Counted from the whole stretch's first letter, positions 22,329 to 32,797 are shown. The stretch is DNA of 62,842 bases, filler included, from Theionarchaea archaeon (GCA_018992565.1; 5 parts of 5 records of this genome joined end to end with filler, not necessarily neighbours in it); one strand, 5' to 3'. The notes: generated by a model not told the origin, from the letters alone. Numbers and translations are program-made.

Positions 22329-22694
22329 TCATTCAAAGGCAGCCATAACCTCGATTTCAACCTTGAAATTCTTGAGTAGAGCGACACCTACAGCAGCCCG
22401 TGCAGGTTTTCCTGTGAAATACTTCTCATAGACAGAGTTCATCTTCTGAAAGTCGTTCATATCAGCGAGATAGACAGTGGCTTTGACCACTTTCTCCAGT
22501 GATAACCCTTCTTGTTTAAGAATGTGCTGTATATTGAGAATACATTGCTCTGTCTGGTGTTCTACAGTGTCTTTTATTGCTCCCTGGGCGTCCACTCCAA
22601 GCTGCCCTGAAACGAAGAGGAATCCATTGCTCTTTATAGCCTGCGAGTATGGACCCACTGGTTTTGGTGCTTTCTCCGTGTAAACTTGTTTCAT
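22329..22694 (-). CDS. ridA: RidA family enamine/imine deaminase
   Basis: APKPVGPYSQA, FVSGQ, PARAAV, VEIE. Confidence 0.92.
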   Translation of the reverse strand: MKQVYTEKAPKPVGPYSQAIKSNGFLFVSGQLGVDAQGAIKDTVEHQTEQCILNIQHILKQEGLSLEKVVKATVYLADMNDFQKMNSVYEKYFTGKPARAAVGVALLKNFKVEIEVMAAFE

Positions 22695-22901
22695 ATGAAA
22701 GATTGAGAAGAACGGTTCTTAAGAGTTTCCCCACATACTTCTGTATGAGTTCTTTTAAATGGCCTTGTGACATATCAGAGTGTCGTGGCATCATGCTGAG
22801 CAGCGGATTTTGCTGCCTTCTCAGTGACAGATCGTCTGTGAAATACTGCTCAGAGCTGAGGAGGCACACTCAGAGGGAAAAGTGATCCTGCAGACAACAG
22901 C

Positions 22902-23216
22902 TCACTTCTTGAGCTCTACCACCAGATCCCTGATTACTCTATGGCGGGCCAGAGGTTCTATAGTCATCTCCTTTTTCATGTAGGTTGTACAAGCCAGGCA
23001 CGGGTGCCCATTGACAATCATCCCGCATGTGCCGCAAAACCCAGATTTACAGGATTCTCTGAAGGCAAGTGACCCATCCCTTTCTTCATAAATGTATTGC
23101 AGAGCTTCCAGAACAGTCTTCTGTGGATCGAATGGTATCTCAAATTCCTCCATTCTGGGACAATCGTCTTCCTCTGGATTAAACCTGAAAATACTGACTA
23201 ATGCAGATTCAGTCAT
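22902..23216 (-). CDS. Stand-alone 2Fe-2S protein similar to the SdhB/FrdB N-terminal domain
   Basis: LAFRESCKSGFCGTCGMIVNG..LAC and IEPL..VIRDLVV; ends before the 4Fe-4S/3Fe-4S domain. Confidence 0.85.
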   Translation of the reverse strand: MTESALVSIFRFNPEEDDCPRMEEFEIPFDPQKTVLEALQYIYEERDGSLAFRESCKSGFCGTCGMIVNGHPCLACTTYMKKEMTIEPLARHRVIRDLVVELKK

Positions 23217-24885
23217 TACATTCCTCCATTACAACAGGTTCCTTCCTGATGCCTCCTTTCTGCAGTACAACGTTCACCCTCCAGGACGAATCACTCTCAG
23301 GACAGTCTTCTCTGAAGTGAGAGCCTCTTGATTCTGTCCTGTACAGCGCTGCCCTCGCTATCAGCAAGCCTGTCTCCACCATGAACTCCACCTCAAGGGC
23401 ATCTGCCAGTTCCCTGTTCCACACCAGCGTCCTGGTGGATATCCCCACCTTTGTCATATTCTCCTTCATTTTCTCAAGTGCTGCTACACCGTTCTTGAGC
23501 CCATCTTTGTCCCTGATTACTCCCACATATTCCCACATTATCCTCTGTATCTCCTTCTTCATAGTCGCTGCAGCAATGTCTCCTCCCCGTTCCATGAGAT
23601 CCTCAATCTTTTCTACCGCTTCCGTTTCTTTAATCCTAACCAACTTCGTCTTGCGTGCGTATTCTGCTGCCCTTACTCCAGCTTCATGTCCCGTTACCAG
23701 TATCTCTGATAATGCATTACCTGGCAGCCTGTTTGCCCCATGTATTCCCGCTGCAGCTTCTCCTGCAGCGAACAACCCTTTAACACACGTGGAGAACATC
23801 TCATCAACTCGTATGCCACCCATGGAGAAGTGGGCTGCAACTGTGGTTTCAATCCGATCCTTCCGCAGGTCTATGCCTGTTTTCAGCAAGTTGTCATACA
23901 GGTCTGCAAACGAAAAAATGTCAGTGATTTCCTGCTCTGTTAGATGGAGCACATCCATGTATACCCCACCATGAGGGCTTCCTCTTCCCTCCTTGATTTC
24001 AGTATAGATGGCCTTAGAGAGCTCGTCGCGGGTTACGCTGAACCGCCATTCAGGGTTCTTCTCCTTCATGAATTCAGTACCTTCTGCATTGTAGAGTCTG
24101 CACCCTCCCTTATAGCGCAGCATTGAAGGTATTGTTGGGTTCAGGGAGAGGAGGCGGGGGTAGCATTGAGCAGTAGGAAAAAACTGAATGAATTCCAGAT
24201 CTTGAAGCTCTGCTCCTGCCCCGTAGGCCAACCACAGGCCATCCCCTGTGGCCCCCCTGCTGGTCGTGCTGTGGGGGTAGAGCTGTCCACATCCACCAGC
24301 CGCAATGACTGCCGCTTTGCAGGAAAAGACTATGATCTTACCTGCAAGATCGTAACCTACAACTGCACGGATGGTATGGCCTTCGCAGACCACATCAAAA
24401 ATCATGCACTCATCATACACATCAATGGGTGCTCTCCTCACCTGCTTCATCAACGTGACTATCATGCTCTTGCCTGTGTGCAGGTCGTTGAAAACTGCCC
24501 GGGGAAAAGAATGTCCAGGTACCATGTCCTGCTTCAGGTGCCCATTTTCCTCTTCAAAGACGGGCCCCTCTCTATGCAGGGCTAGAACACGTTCTGGTGC
24601 CTTTTCAGTGTACACTCTCACCAGGGATTGATTGTTGATGTATCGTCCTTCTTTGACTGTATCCACAAAGTGCGCTCGAGGGCTATCTCCGGACTCCTTG
24701 TAACCCAAGGCTGCGTTGCAGGAAAAGCTGCCCAGAATAGTGCATCCAGCCCTCCCCAGGACACCTTTGTCAACGAGTGCTACTCTCACGTTCATGCCCG
24801 CAGCAGAGAGGGCTGCCTGAGCACCTGCTCCTCCTCCCCCCACCACCACAACGTCATACTCTTTTTCCACAGCAGTACCCTTCAT
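23209..24885 (-). CDS. SdhA/FrdA/NadB-family FAD oxidoreductase
   Basis: VVGGGGAG, AAGGCG, HFSMGG, HGANRL, RTESRGSHFREDCP; ATG 24885 preferred. Confidence 0.88.
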   Translation of the reverse strand: MKGTAVEKEYDVVVVGGGGAGAQAALSAAGMNVRVALVDKGVLGRAGCTILGSFSCNAALGYKESGDSPRAHFVDTVKEGRYINNQSLVRVYTEKAPERVLALHREGPVFEEENGHLKQDMVPGHSFPRAVFNDLHTGKSMIVTLMKQVRRAPIDVYDECMIFDVVCEGHTIRAVVGYDLAGKIIVFSCKAAVIAAGGCGQLYPHSTTSRGATGDGLWLAYGAGAELQDLEFIQFFPTAQCYPRLLSLNPTIPSMLRYKGGCRLYNAEGTEFMKEKNPEWRFSVTRDELSKAIYTEIKEGRGSPHGGVYMDVLHLTEQEITDIFSFADLYDNLLKTGIDLRKDRIETTVAAHFSMGGIRVDEMFSTCVKGLFAAGEAAAGIHGANRLPGNALSEILVTGHEAGVRAAEYARKTKLVRIKETEAVEKIEDLMERGGDIAAATMKKEIQRIMWEYVGVIRDKDGLKNGVAALEKMKENMTKVGISTRTLVWNRELADALEVEFMVETGLLIARAALYRTESRGSHFREDCPESDSSWRVNVVLQKGGIRKEPVVMEECND

Positions 24886-24904
24886 TGTGCACTCCTCACA
24901 TTCG

Positions 24905-26032
24905 CTAGAGAAGTCCTCTCCCGTAGTTGGGAAATACTGCCTCAACTCTCCCTTTTCGGACACCATAGTAGATGTCGTGAAGCTTAGCAGTGGTGTCAGA
25001 ATGAGGAGGTATTAACTCCACAGTGTCTCCTACACGGATATCTGACGTGGGCTTTTCAACCTTCACCATGGACAGCTCTTCGCGTTGTTTGACCCTCTTT
25101 ATCCCTTCCAGTCCTTTGATTTTGAAGCCCACTACATTCAGATAACTGTCAGTGTGTTCATCAGAACATGCATTCATACCCGCATCAAAGCATATTTCGT
25201 CTGGCTGGGGCCTGCTAATACAGCTGGTCAAAACAGTCAACGCATAGTCAAATACATCAAGTCCTTCACTCTCATGAGAACACCAGTCACTGAATACATA
25301 GCTTCCAGCCTGAACCTCGACATTCTCGAGTGCCCTGTACTCGGGAGTGATGTCCCAGGTGCAGGTAAATCCCCCGCTGATCATCTCAAGAGCAATGTCC
25401 TCTTTTTTTAGCTCTGCCTTCAGCATGGCTACCTTGTCCAGTGTCTTGAAATGTGCCATCTTTCTCTCTTCCCAATTGACAATATCGGCCAGAGAACCCT
25501 GGTGCCACCACACACCTTTGAATGCAACCCCTTTCACCCTGGTGATTTCTCTGATCAGAGAAGCAGCATCCCCTATATTGACCCCGCAGGTGCCTGTGCT
25601 CATGTAGAGTTCCACGCCCACATTGATCACGGTATCCATGTTACGTGCGATCTCCCCCAGCTTTGTCACATTCTCAATGTTGTCTACACCTACAGTGATG
25701 TCCGCTTGCTTTGAGAGGGCTGCCACCCGGTTCATCTTGTTGCATCCCGCGACTTCATTGGTGATGAGGATATCTGAGAACCCACACCGCACATAATACT
25801 CTGCAAGACCAAGAGAAGTCATAGAAACCCCTTTAGCTCCAGATTCTACCTGTTTCTTTCCTATTATAGGAAGTCTGTGTCCTTTTTGATGAGGACGCAA
25901 GGCTGCTCCTTCTTTTTTACGATAATAGTCAGCCATTGTCTTAATGTTCTTTTCTACAAGGTCCAGATCCATCAGGAGACATGGAGTGTCCAGGTCGTCT
26001 TTATTCATCCCAATAACTGAACAATCTGACAT
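24905..26032 (-). CDS. Fold-type III PLP enzyme (D-threonine aldolase/D-serine dehydratase-like)
   Basis: LDTPCLLMDLD, LRPHQKGH (PLP Lys), DILITNEV, EVQAGSYVFSD, IPPHSD. Confidence 0.82.
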   Translation of the reverse strand: MSDCSVIGMNKDDLDTPCLLMDLDLVEKNIKTMADYYRKKEGAALRPHQKGHRLPIIGKKQVESGAKGVSMTSLGLAEYYVRCGFSDILITNEVAGCNKMNRVAALSKQADITVGVDNIENVTKLGEIARNMDTVINVGVELYMSTGTCGVNIGDAASLIREITRVKGVAFKGVWWHQGSLADIVNWEERKMAHFKTLDKVAMLKAELKKEDIALEMISGGFTCTWDITPEYRALENVEVQAGSYVFSDWCSHESEGLDVFDYALTVLTSCISRPQPDEICFDAGMNACSDEHTDSYLNVVGFKIKGLEGIKRVKQREELSMVKVEKPTSDIRVGDTVELIPPHSDTTAKLHDIYYGVRKGRVEAVFPNYGRGLL

Positions 26033-26211
26033 AGAATCACCTCTAGATTAACAGAATGCCAATCCTGCCAATCCTAGCTCTTTATTTGTGAATGATTGTT
26101 TATAAGGACTTTCCCGAAGTATTCAGGCAATAATAATTTAAGATTCCGCCATAATTGGCAATCCCAACAGAGTAGAGACTAGAACCTTTGTTGGCTGCAG
26201 GAGGAATCTAT

Positions 26212-27187
26212 GTGAAATTTGCAGTCCTGGGAGCTGGCAGCGCCGGACAGGGTATTGCAGGCTATCTAGCGCTCAAAGGTCATGATCTCTTTCTCTACAA
26301 CAGGACCCCGGAACGAATTGCTGCTCTTGCTGATTCTCACAGGCTAAAGGTATCAGGAATCGTGGAAGGAGAGGCTGTTATACAGGCCGCTTCAAGTGAC
26401 CTTGAAACTGTGGTTTCCAATGTTCCCTATGTCATGGTCACTGCGCGAGCTGGAGGGCATGAATCCCTGGTAGAGCAGTGTCTTCCCTATGTTCAGGAAC
26501 ATGCAGTTATTGTCGTGTTTACTGGATACTGGGCTGCCCTGAGGCTCCAACCTCTCCTGAAGGAGNNNNNNNNNNNNNNNNNNNNNNNNNNNNNNNNNNN
26601 NNNNNNNNNNNNNNNNNNNNNNNNNNNNNNNNNNNNNNNNNNNNNNNNNNNNNNNNNNNNNNNNNACCAGCCTTGAAAACTACAACCCTGTTATTCATGT
26701 GCCCATTGCCCTCTTCAACTTGAGACATGTAGAAGAGGATTGTGAGACCTTCAGGTTTTATTCAGAAGGAGTATCACCCGGTGTGGCAGGAGTCATAGAT
26801 GCTGTAGATTCAGAACGGCTGGCCCTGTGTCGCGCTTTGGGATTGGATCTTGAGAGTGCAGCCTCAATGATAAAAGACTACTACCACGTCAAAGGAGAGA
26901 CAACCTATGAGACAATCAAGAACTGGGAGGCTGTCCATGAATATGTACTGCCAGACCCTTTGCATTATGTTGAGGAAGAATTGATGTATGGCCTTGCTCC
27001 GCTCGTCTCTCTATGTGACACGTTCGGGGTTCCCGCTCCTACTGCACGGATGCTGGTTGAATCCTGGTCAGTGGTGGAAGGTATTGATTACTGGAAAAAG
27101 GGTGTTACATGTGAAGATCTGGGATTCAGGGGGAAGAGCTCTCAGGAGATTGTGGACATGGTCACAAGGAGGGAGAATAATGTATGA
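26212..27187 (+). CDS. NAD/NADP octopine/nopaline (opine) dehydrogenase family, interrupted by a scaffold gap
   Basis: Rossmann FAVLGAGSAG; after the gap NYNPVIHVP, FRFYSEG, VDSERLAL, YVEEELMYGL, typical of the opine dehydrogenase C-domain. Confidence 0.8.
26566..26665. other. 100-N scaffold gap without linker
   Basis: N run inside the opine dehydrogenase gene. Confidence 0.95.
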
Positions 27188-28442
27188 GCAAATGCTGAAA
27201 TGCCTGCATTGTGGAGCACAGTATCCGCTGGAGCGGATGTTTGAAGGGTGCCCACGCTGCAAAAAGGACAGCTTCCAGTCGAATGTAGTTGTTGATTATG
27301 ATTATGAGAAGATAAAAGAGGCAGTTACCAGAGACGTGTTGCAGAAAAGGCATGTATTGGGAGTGTGGAAGTGGCAGGAGTTCCTCCCTGTCGATCCTGC
27401 ACTGGGCATTACACTGGGAGAAGGAGGAACACCCCTTCTTCCGTGCAGGAATCTGGGTCCAGTCCTTGGAATGTCTCACCTGTGCATAAAAGACGAATCG
27501 AGGAATCCCACCCACACATTCAAGGACAGGTCGGCTGCTGTGGGGGCTGCGGTAGCCAGGAAATTCGGATCCCGCCATCTCATAGCAGGAGGAGGAAATA
27601 CTGCTGCAGCAGCTGCAGCCTATGGGGCTGTTTCTGGTCTCCAGGTGATCAGCTTTGAAAACCTGGATGAATCCAAACAAGCTATCCTGCAGACCCTCTC
27701 TTATGGGGGGAAGGTGGTGTACCTGAAGAAGTATGAAGACAGGTACCCCCTCATGAAAACATGTGTTGACGCACTTGCTGCACATCCTGTCAGCAGCTAT
27801 ACCAGATCGCCTACAGGAGACCCTTACAGTGAAGAAGGGAGGAAAACGGTAGCATTTGAAATCTGCGAGCAGCTGTCATGGAACGTTCCAGACACTGTGA
27901 TCGTTCCCACTGGAATGGGATTTGGGCTGTTTGCAGTGTGGAGAGGGTTCCAGGACCTCTTTACGACAGGATTTATTGATGCACTTCCTCAGATGGTAGC
28001 TGTGGAATCATCGGCAGGAGGATCTCTTACCAAAACCCTCACCAGTAGGTCAGATTCGATCCAGAGAGTTGTCACTGCTCCGACTATAGCCAAGCACATT
28101 CTGGTGCCGCAGGTGGGCTACCAGGCGTACAGGGCAGTAAGAGACTCTGGAGGAGTAGCTCTCACTGTTGAAGATGATGAAATACTGGATGCAGTTTTCT
28201 CCCTGGCTACTCACGAGGGCGTTTATGCCAGCACCACGTCTGCTGCTGCCATTGCAGCGGCCAAGAACCTCCATGAATCAGGATATATAGATGCAGAAGA
28301 TACTGTGGCATGCGTCATCACAGGTGGAGGACTCAAGGACTCTGACATCATCGAAACTCACTTCTCTCTACCTGATCCTGTTGGAGGAGATTGGAATACA
28401 TTCGTGACCCTGATGAAGACTCACTACAACATGGTCTTGTAG
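27180..28442 (+). CDS. Second threonine synthase-like PLP enzyme
   Basis: CxxC..CxxC knuckle, TLGEGGTPL, NPTHTFKDR, EGRKTVAFEI, ITGGGLKD; RBS GGAG before ATG 27180. Confidence 0.85.
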   Translation: MYEQMLKCLHCGAQYPLERMFEGCPRCKKDSFQSNVVVDYDYEKIKEAVTRDVLQKRHVLGVWKWQEFLPVDPALGITLGEGGTPLLPCRNLGPVLGMSHLCIKDESRNPTHTFKDRSAAVGAAVARKFGSRHLIAGGGNTAAAAAAYGAVSGLQVISFENLDESKQAILQTLSYGGKVVYLKKYEDRYPLMKTCVDALAAHPVSSYTRSPTGDPYSEEGRKTVAFEICEQLSWNVPDTVIVPTGMGFGLFAVWRGFQDLFTTGFIDALPQMVAVESSAGGSLTKTLTSRSDSIQRVVTAPTIAKHILVPQVGYQAYRAVRDSGGVALTVEDDEILDAVFSLATHEGVYASTTSAAAIAAAKNLHESGYIDAEDTVACVITGGGLKDSDIIETHFSLPDPVGGDWNTFVTLMKTHYNMVL

Positions 28443-28804
28443 TCCTCCTCTCGTATTGATCTCAGTGCCTGCAGTGTGCTGATCAACTCTTATGGGTTAC
28501 TCCTCGTAGGTCTGCAGGCAAAATCGCAGAAGGTTCGGTAGAAAAAGGCCGATTTATAGACTAGAGTATCTCACAGAACCAATGCTTTCCCTGAAGGAAA
28601 ATCCCCTACTTTTTATAATAGCAGTTTTGCTCACATTCTACTGGGTATTCTGTAATATAGAGTAAGAGTCACTTCTGTTAGTATTTGTTATTCTTTCCAA
28701 ATACAAGATCCCCTTTATTTCTACCGATTGAAATTTGGCCTGATTTTTCAAAATGACGCTCAATTCAGGAAACCCTTAAAAAGAAGGAAGAAAAAGAATA
28801 TGTA

Positions 28805-29497
28805 ATGTACTATGCTCGACTAAACATATACCATGCCGGAGGATTGTGCAACAGGATTTCAAGGCTGGATCATGTCAAGAGCTGTCTTATAGACAGGGCA
28901 GATGTGTTCAAGGATGGGAGTGTTTACATTGAATTGTCTGTGAGATTCTCGAAACCTGAGCACAGCGATGTGGTTCAGCAGTGTATCTCTCATGTTCCAG
29001 AGGACGTTACCCTCATTGATGTGATCAATGCAGAGACCGTAACCAAGCTGAGATACATCATCGGGCCTGAGGCAAATTCTGTTATCAGAGAGACTAACAA
29101 AATGGGATTCATCCTGGATTATCCAGTAATTGTCCAGGATGAAAAAGAAATAATCTCTGGAATCGTATATAAGGATGTGTCGCTGCAGGAATATTTCGAT
29201 GTCCTCGCCAAGGCAAACCTGAAATACAAGATCAAGAAGATTGTGCGCAATGATCGCACCAGGAGAATGTCTTTTCTAAAGTGGTCCTGGCCGCTTTCAA
29301 CTGACGTTCACCTTACAGAAATGCAGCGAAAGACAATCCACGCTGCTTTTGAACATGGATACTATTCATTTCCCCGGAAGATTGACATTAAGACGATAGC
29401 AGTTGAAATGGGAATCAGCACAAGCACAGCGTGGGAGCATCTGCGGAAGGCTGAGATGAAACTCATGAACTTCGTACTGGAAGAACAACCAATGTAG
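28805..29497 (+). CDS. HTH_10 (bacterio-opsin activator type) transcriptional regulator
   Basis: C-terminal LTEMQ..AAFEHGYYSFPRK..IAVEMGISTSTAWEHLRKAE. Confidence 0.88.
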   Translation: MYYARLNIYHAGGLCNRISRLDHVKSCLIDRADVFKDGSVYIELSVRFSKPEHSDVVQQCISHVPEDVTLIDVINAETVTKLRYIIGPEANSVIRETNKMGFILDYPVIVQDEKEIISGIVYKDVSLQEYFDVLAKANLKYKIKKIVRNDRTRRMSFLKWSWPLSTDVHLTEMQRKTIHAAFEHGYYSFPRKIDIKTIAVEMGISTSTAWEHLRKAEMKLMNFVLEEQPM

Positions 29498-29829
29498 CGA
29501 GAGTGTAAGAATCAAGAAGAAAGGGACGGAGATGTACGCTCTTATAAAGGTTAGTCCATACGCTCAACAGGAAATGCCAGCGTCACCACAACAGCACGTG
29601 TTGCTGCAATGTCATGGCTACAGGAATCGCTTCAGACTGTGATAGTCTGGACTGTTTTCTCGTACAGCACGTGTCACTGTGGGACTCTCTGTTAGGGCAG
29701 CAGACTCATTGCCTCTGTGTTCTCGCACGCATGGAGTCCAGCTTACTCGTGCTGCGTATGGGATTTTCTTAGACTGCTTTACCTCTGCAGAAAATTCTCA
29801 ACTACCAGCAGTAGAAAGAGAAGGTGGCA

Positions 29830-29929
29830 NNNNNNNNNNNNNNNNNNNNNNNNNNNNNNNNNNNNNNNNNNNNTTAATTAATTAANNNNNNNNNNNNNNN
29901 NNNNNNNNNNNNNNNNNNNNNNNNNNNNN
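29830..29929. other. Artificial contig linker
   Basis: N-TTAATTAATTAA-N. Confidence 0.97.
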
Positions 29930-30993
29930 GTCATGGCACACACCAATACTACCAGTATGCAGCAGGTGCCAGCTGTCACTGCAGTGTAATCGACAGCAGA
30001 TATGAGCTTTAACATCTGTTGAGCAACCATCAGGGCAGCAACAGATGCTACTCCTGCTGCCAGCAGTCCACATGACAGAAGCTGCACCAGCATTGCATTG
30101 TTCACTTCAGTAAGCCCCTGGATAACAGCCACTGCCCCACTCCGCGCTTTTCCTATAGTGTACATTCCGATGAGGGCATATACTGCATTTGCTGTATTGA
30201 CCCCTGAAACAGCAACTAGAAATGTGCGAGGAGAAGATTTCATGGAAATAACAGCAGTTGCATGAGCTGGCCCGATTCCCGGAAATAGTGACACAAGCAT
30301 ACCTGCCCCTGCTCCCTTAACCACATTCAGCATGATTTGCAGTCGGCTGAGATGAATTCTGGTGTCAAAAGACTGAAGAGGGAGTCTTGTTGAACACGTT
30401 GCACTCATCAACAAGGTGCTTATTCCAAATAGTCCACAGAACATAGGAAATAGAACAAGATCATTGCCGATCCATGGAGAATTCAGAGCGATATATCCAT
30501 ACAATCCTGATATAATGAACACTGCACCTGATGCTGAAATTCTGAGGAGACTCTTTTCAGAGCCGATCATTATAGCCACGAATCCCAGCAGAATGTACGC
30601 CAGATATGGGCTGATAGTTGCATGGAGGGGAGGAATCAGTACGATCATCAGAGGAGCCAGTGAACATGACAACATCAAAGACCCCAGGCTCCCCACCACA
30701 GTGAGTTTAATTGCCTCATATCCCCTCCCCTGGAGGAGCAGACGATGCGCCGGCAGGATGCTCAATGCAGTATCCTCGTCAGGAACCCCGAATAACGTGG
30801 AAGGTATGAAGTCAAGAAACGTATGTGTCACAGCCAGTGAGAAAATAAGGACAGCACTCATGGATCCAGAAACGGGGAGCAGTACTATAAATGGCAGCAG
30901 TGTATTTACGTGAAGTCCCGGTGTCAGCCCAGTAATGACTCCCAGACAGATACCCGCTCCACACATACTGACCAGCGTCGTGACGTCATCCAT
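29930..30993 (-). CDS. TctA-like (DUF112) membrane permease, 3'-truncated
   Basis: GVITGLTPGLHVNT, THTFLDFIPSTLFGVPDEDTALSILPAH..G.G..A; many TM helices. Confidence 0.85.
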
Positions 30994-31921
30994 GGATGGC
31001 CACCGGCAGCAATTCCACTATCCCCCCATACACATGAATTGTCCCAGTCACAGTGAGGGACTGACCTTCATGAAATGTGTTACTATCCACCTTTAATTGA
31101 GACTGCATGGTAGAGAATATTGGGACGAGAATGAAACCTGTAGCGTCTTCGATTACTATGAATATGTGTCCTTTGGATGCAGTAACTGATTTTATGATGC
31201 CCGATACTGTTACGGGGTAATCTATGGGCATTTTTCTTGCCAAGTTGATGGAATCTACTGATAGGGGTTCCCAGGTATGATAGAGTACCAAGACCTTCGT
31301 CCCATCCTGAATGCCAAACCCTTTGACACTCCCTGGAGCAAGCGGATGAGAGGAGACAAATATGCGGTGATCTGCATACAGGAGAAATGTGCTGGTACTG
31401 CTCCCTGTTGAAATAGTACATATCCTCCCTTCCATAGGTATTAGAGGAATCTCGAGGATTCTTTCAGGAAACAGCTGCCCATCCCCTGTAGTTCCCAGTA
31501 CTGCATAATCTCCATCTGGCAGTTGTGTTCTGAACCTACCATGTTCTGTGTACAGTACAGAGTTGCAGCATCTTCCGTACAGGACCTTTGAGATGCTGTA
31601 TTCCTCGGGAATAACCTCCAGATTTCCCTTGTATACTGATACTACTCCTTCTGCGTAAAGCAAGTCTCCCACGGATATATCACCTGCAAAATTGAAGAGA
31701 GGCACCAGGATAGGAGAGCCATCATAAAGAGTAACAAGAGTGTGCCCCTTGGTCTGATATGTTTCCAAGATGATACCCTCACAAGCAACGTATGAGCCGG
31801 GTTCTGTTATAGAAGACACTGGTCCTAGCGAAGGATGTGTCAGATGTGTTGCAGCAAATAGCCCTGCAATACCGCATAAGGCACAGACTACAGCCCCCAT
31901 GGTAGTGCCCTTATTTCTCAT
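30986..31921 (-). CDS. Membrane-anchored multi-OB-fold nucleic-acid-binding protein
   Basis: N-terminal hydrophobic anchor; OB repeats 'GDLLYAEGVVSVYKGNLEV' and 'GQSLTVTGTIHVYGGIVEL'; overlaps the permease start. Confidence 0.7.
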   Translation of the reverse strand: MRNKGTTMGAVVCALCGIAGLFAATHLTHPSLGPVSSITEPGSYVACEGIILETYQTKGHTLVTLYDGSPILVPLFNFAGDISVGDLLYAEGVVSVYKGNLEVIPEEYSISKVLYGRCCNSVLYTEHGRFRTQLPDGDYAVLGTTGDGQLFPERILEIPLIPMEGRICTISTGSSTSTFLLYADHRIFVSSHPLAPGSVKGFGIQDGTKVLVLYHTWEPLSVDSINLARKMPIDYPVTVSGIIKSVTASKGHIFIVIEDATGFILVPIFSTMQSQLKVDSNTFHEGQSLTVTGTIHVYGGIVELLPVAIHG

Positions 31922-32096
31922 GGAGGTTCCTCCTGCAGGTAGCTATAACTTTTTGGTGTGCACATCAGAGTGTTGACTGATAGATTCTGATACCAAGAGA
32001 GGAAAGTTTTTTAGGGGCTGGCAGGTGCTATACTATAATGAACTCTTCACTGCTCTTGAGGTAACACGTGAAGGGTTCTCGCAAGGAAGTGGTATC

Positions 32097-32792
32097 ATGA
32101 ATCGCTCATTGCTTATTCTGGCTGTGGCTGGGATGGTGCTCACTGCACCCATCATTCAGGCTGATACTGAGTATGTATGGACCGAGAGAGGGTGCAATGT
32201 AGTGTATACTGTTGGAGAAAAGATTACTGTCTATTTTATGACAGTCAAGGATGCAGAATTTGAATTGTGGGCCTATGATGCTCTGATGAAGGAGACACTG
32301 TTGGCATCAGGAGTAGGTGACGGAAGTACCTTTTTCGTTGAAGTGACTGCAGCCCTGCCTTCAGGACTTCTCACTCTTGTACTCAAAATGCCCTGCAACG
32401 AGGAATGTGAGACCTGTCTCTGTGACTTTGGCCAGTGTACCCTGCATATACAAGAGGGGGAATGCAAAGCCCACTGCTCTAATGGCAAACAGGACTGTGG
32501 AGAATATGGTGTGGACTGCGGGGGAGGGTGTCCTTTCACAGATACTGACGGCGATGGAGTTGAAGATTGTGTAGATTTATGCCCTGATAGCAGGTGTAGA
32601 AACGTGGATGCGTCAGGATGTGAATTGGATACAGATGGTGATACAGTCCCTGACTGTGAGGACCAGTGCCCTCAGAAAAAGGGGGATACCTCCAGTGGTG
32701 GATGTCCTGCCAGGTCCAATGCTCTCCTGTACATTGCAGGAGGCTCTATGGTTGTGGTAGCAGGTATCATACTATGGAACCTCAAGAAGTAG
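32097..32792 (+). CDS. Secreted Cys-rich surface protein with thrombospondin type-3-like Ca-binding repeats and C-terminal anchor
   Basis: Signal peptide; DTDGDGVEDCVDLCP and DTDGDTVPDCEDQCP; TM helix followed by KK. Confidence 0.75.
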   Translation: MNRSLLILAVAGMVLTAPIIQADTEYVWTERGCNVVYTVGEKITVYFMTVKDAEFELWAYDALMKETLLASGVGDGSTFFVEVTAALPSGLLTLVLKMPCNEECETCLCDFGQCTLHIQEGECKAHCSNGKQDCGEYGVDCGGGCPFTDTDGDGVEDCVDLCPDSRCRNVDASGCELDTDGDTVPDCEDQCPQKKGDTSSGGCPARSNALLYIAGGSMVVVAGIILWNLKK

Positions 32793-32797
32793 TACAT

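Noticed and set aside
22902..24885. Canonical succinate dehydrogenase
   Set aside because: No membrane subunits, truncated Fe-S subunit and substituted catalytic residues
26188..27187. Opine dehydrogenase as a frameshifted pseudogene
   Set aside because: The frame change falls across a 100-N gap of arbitrary length
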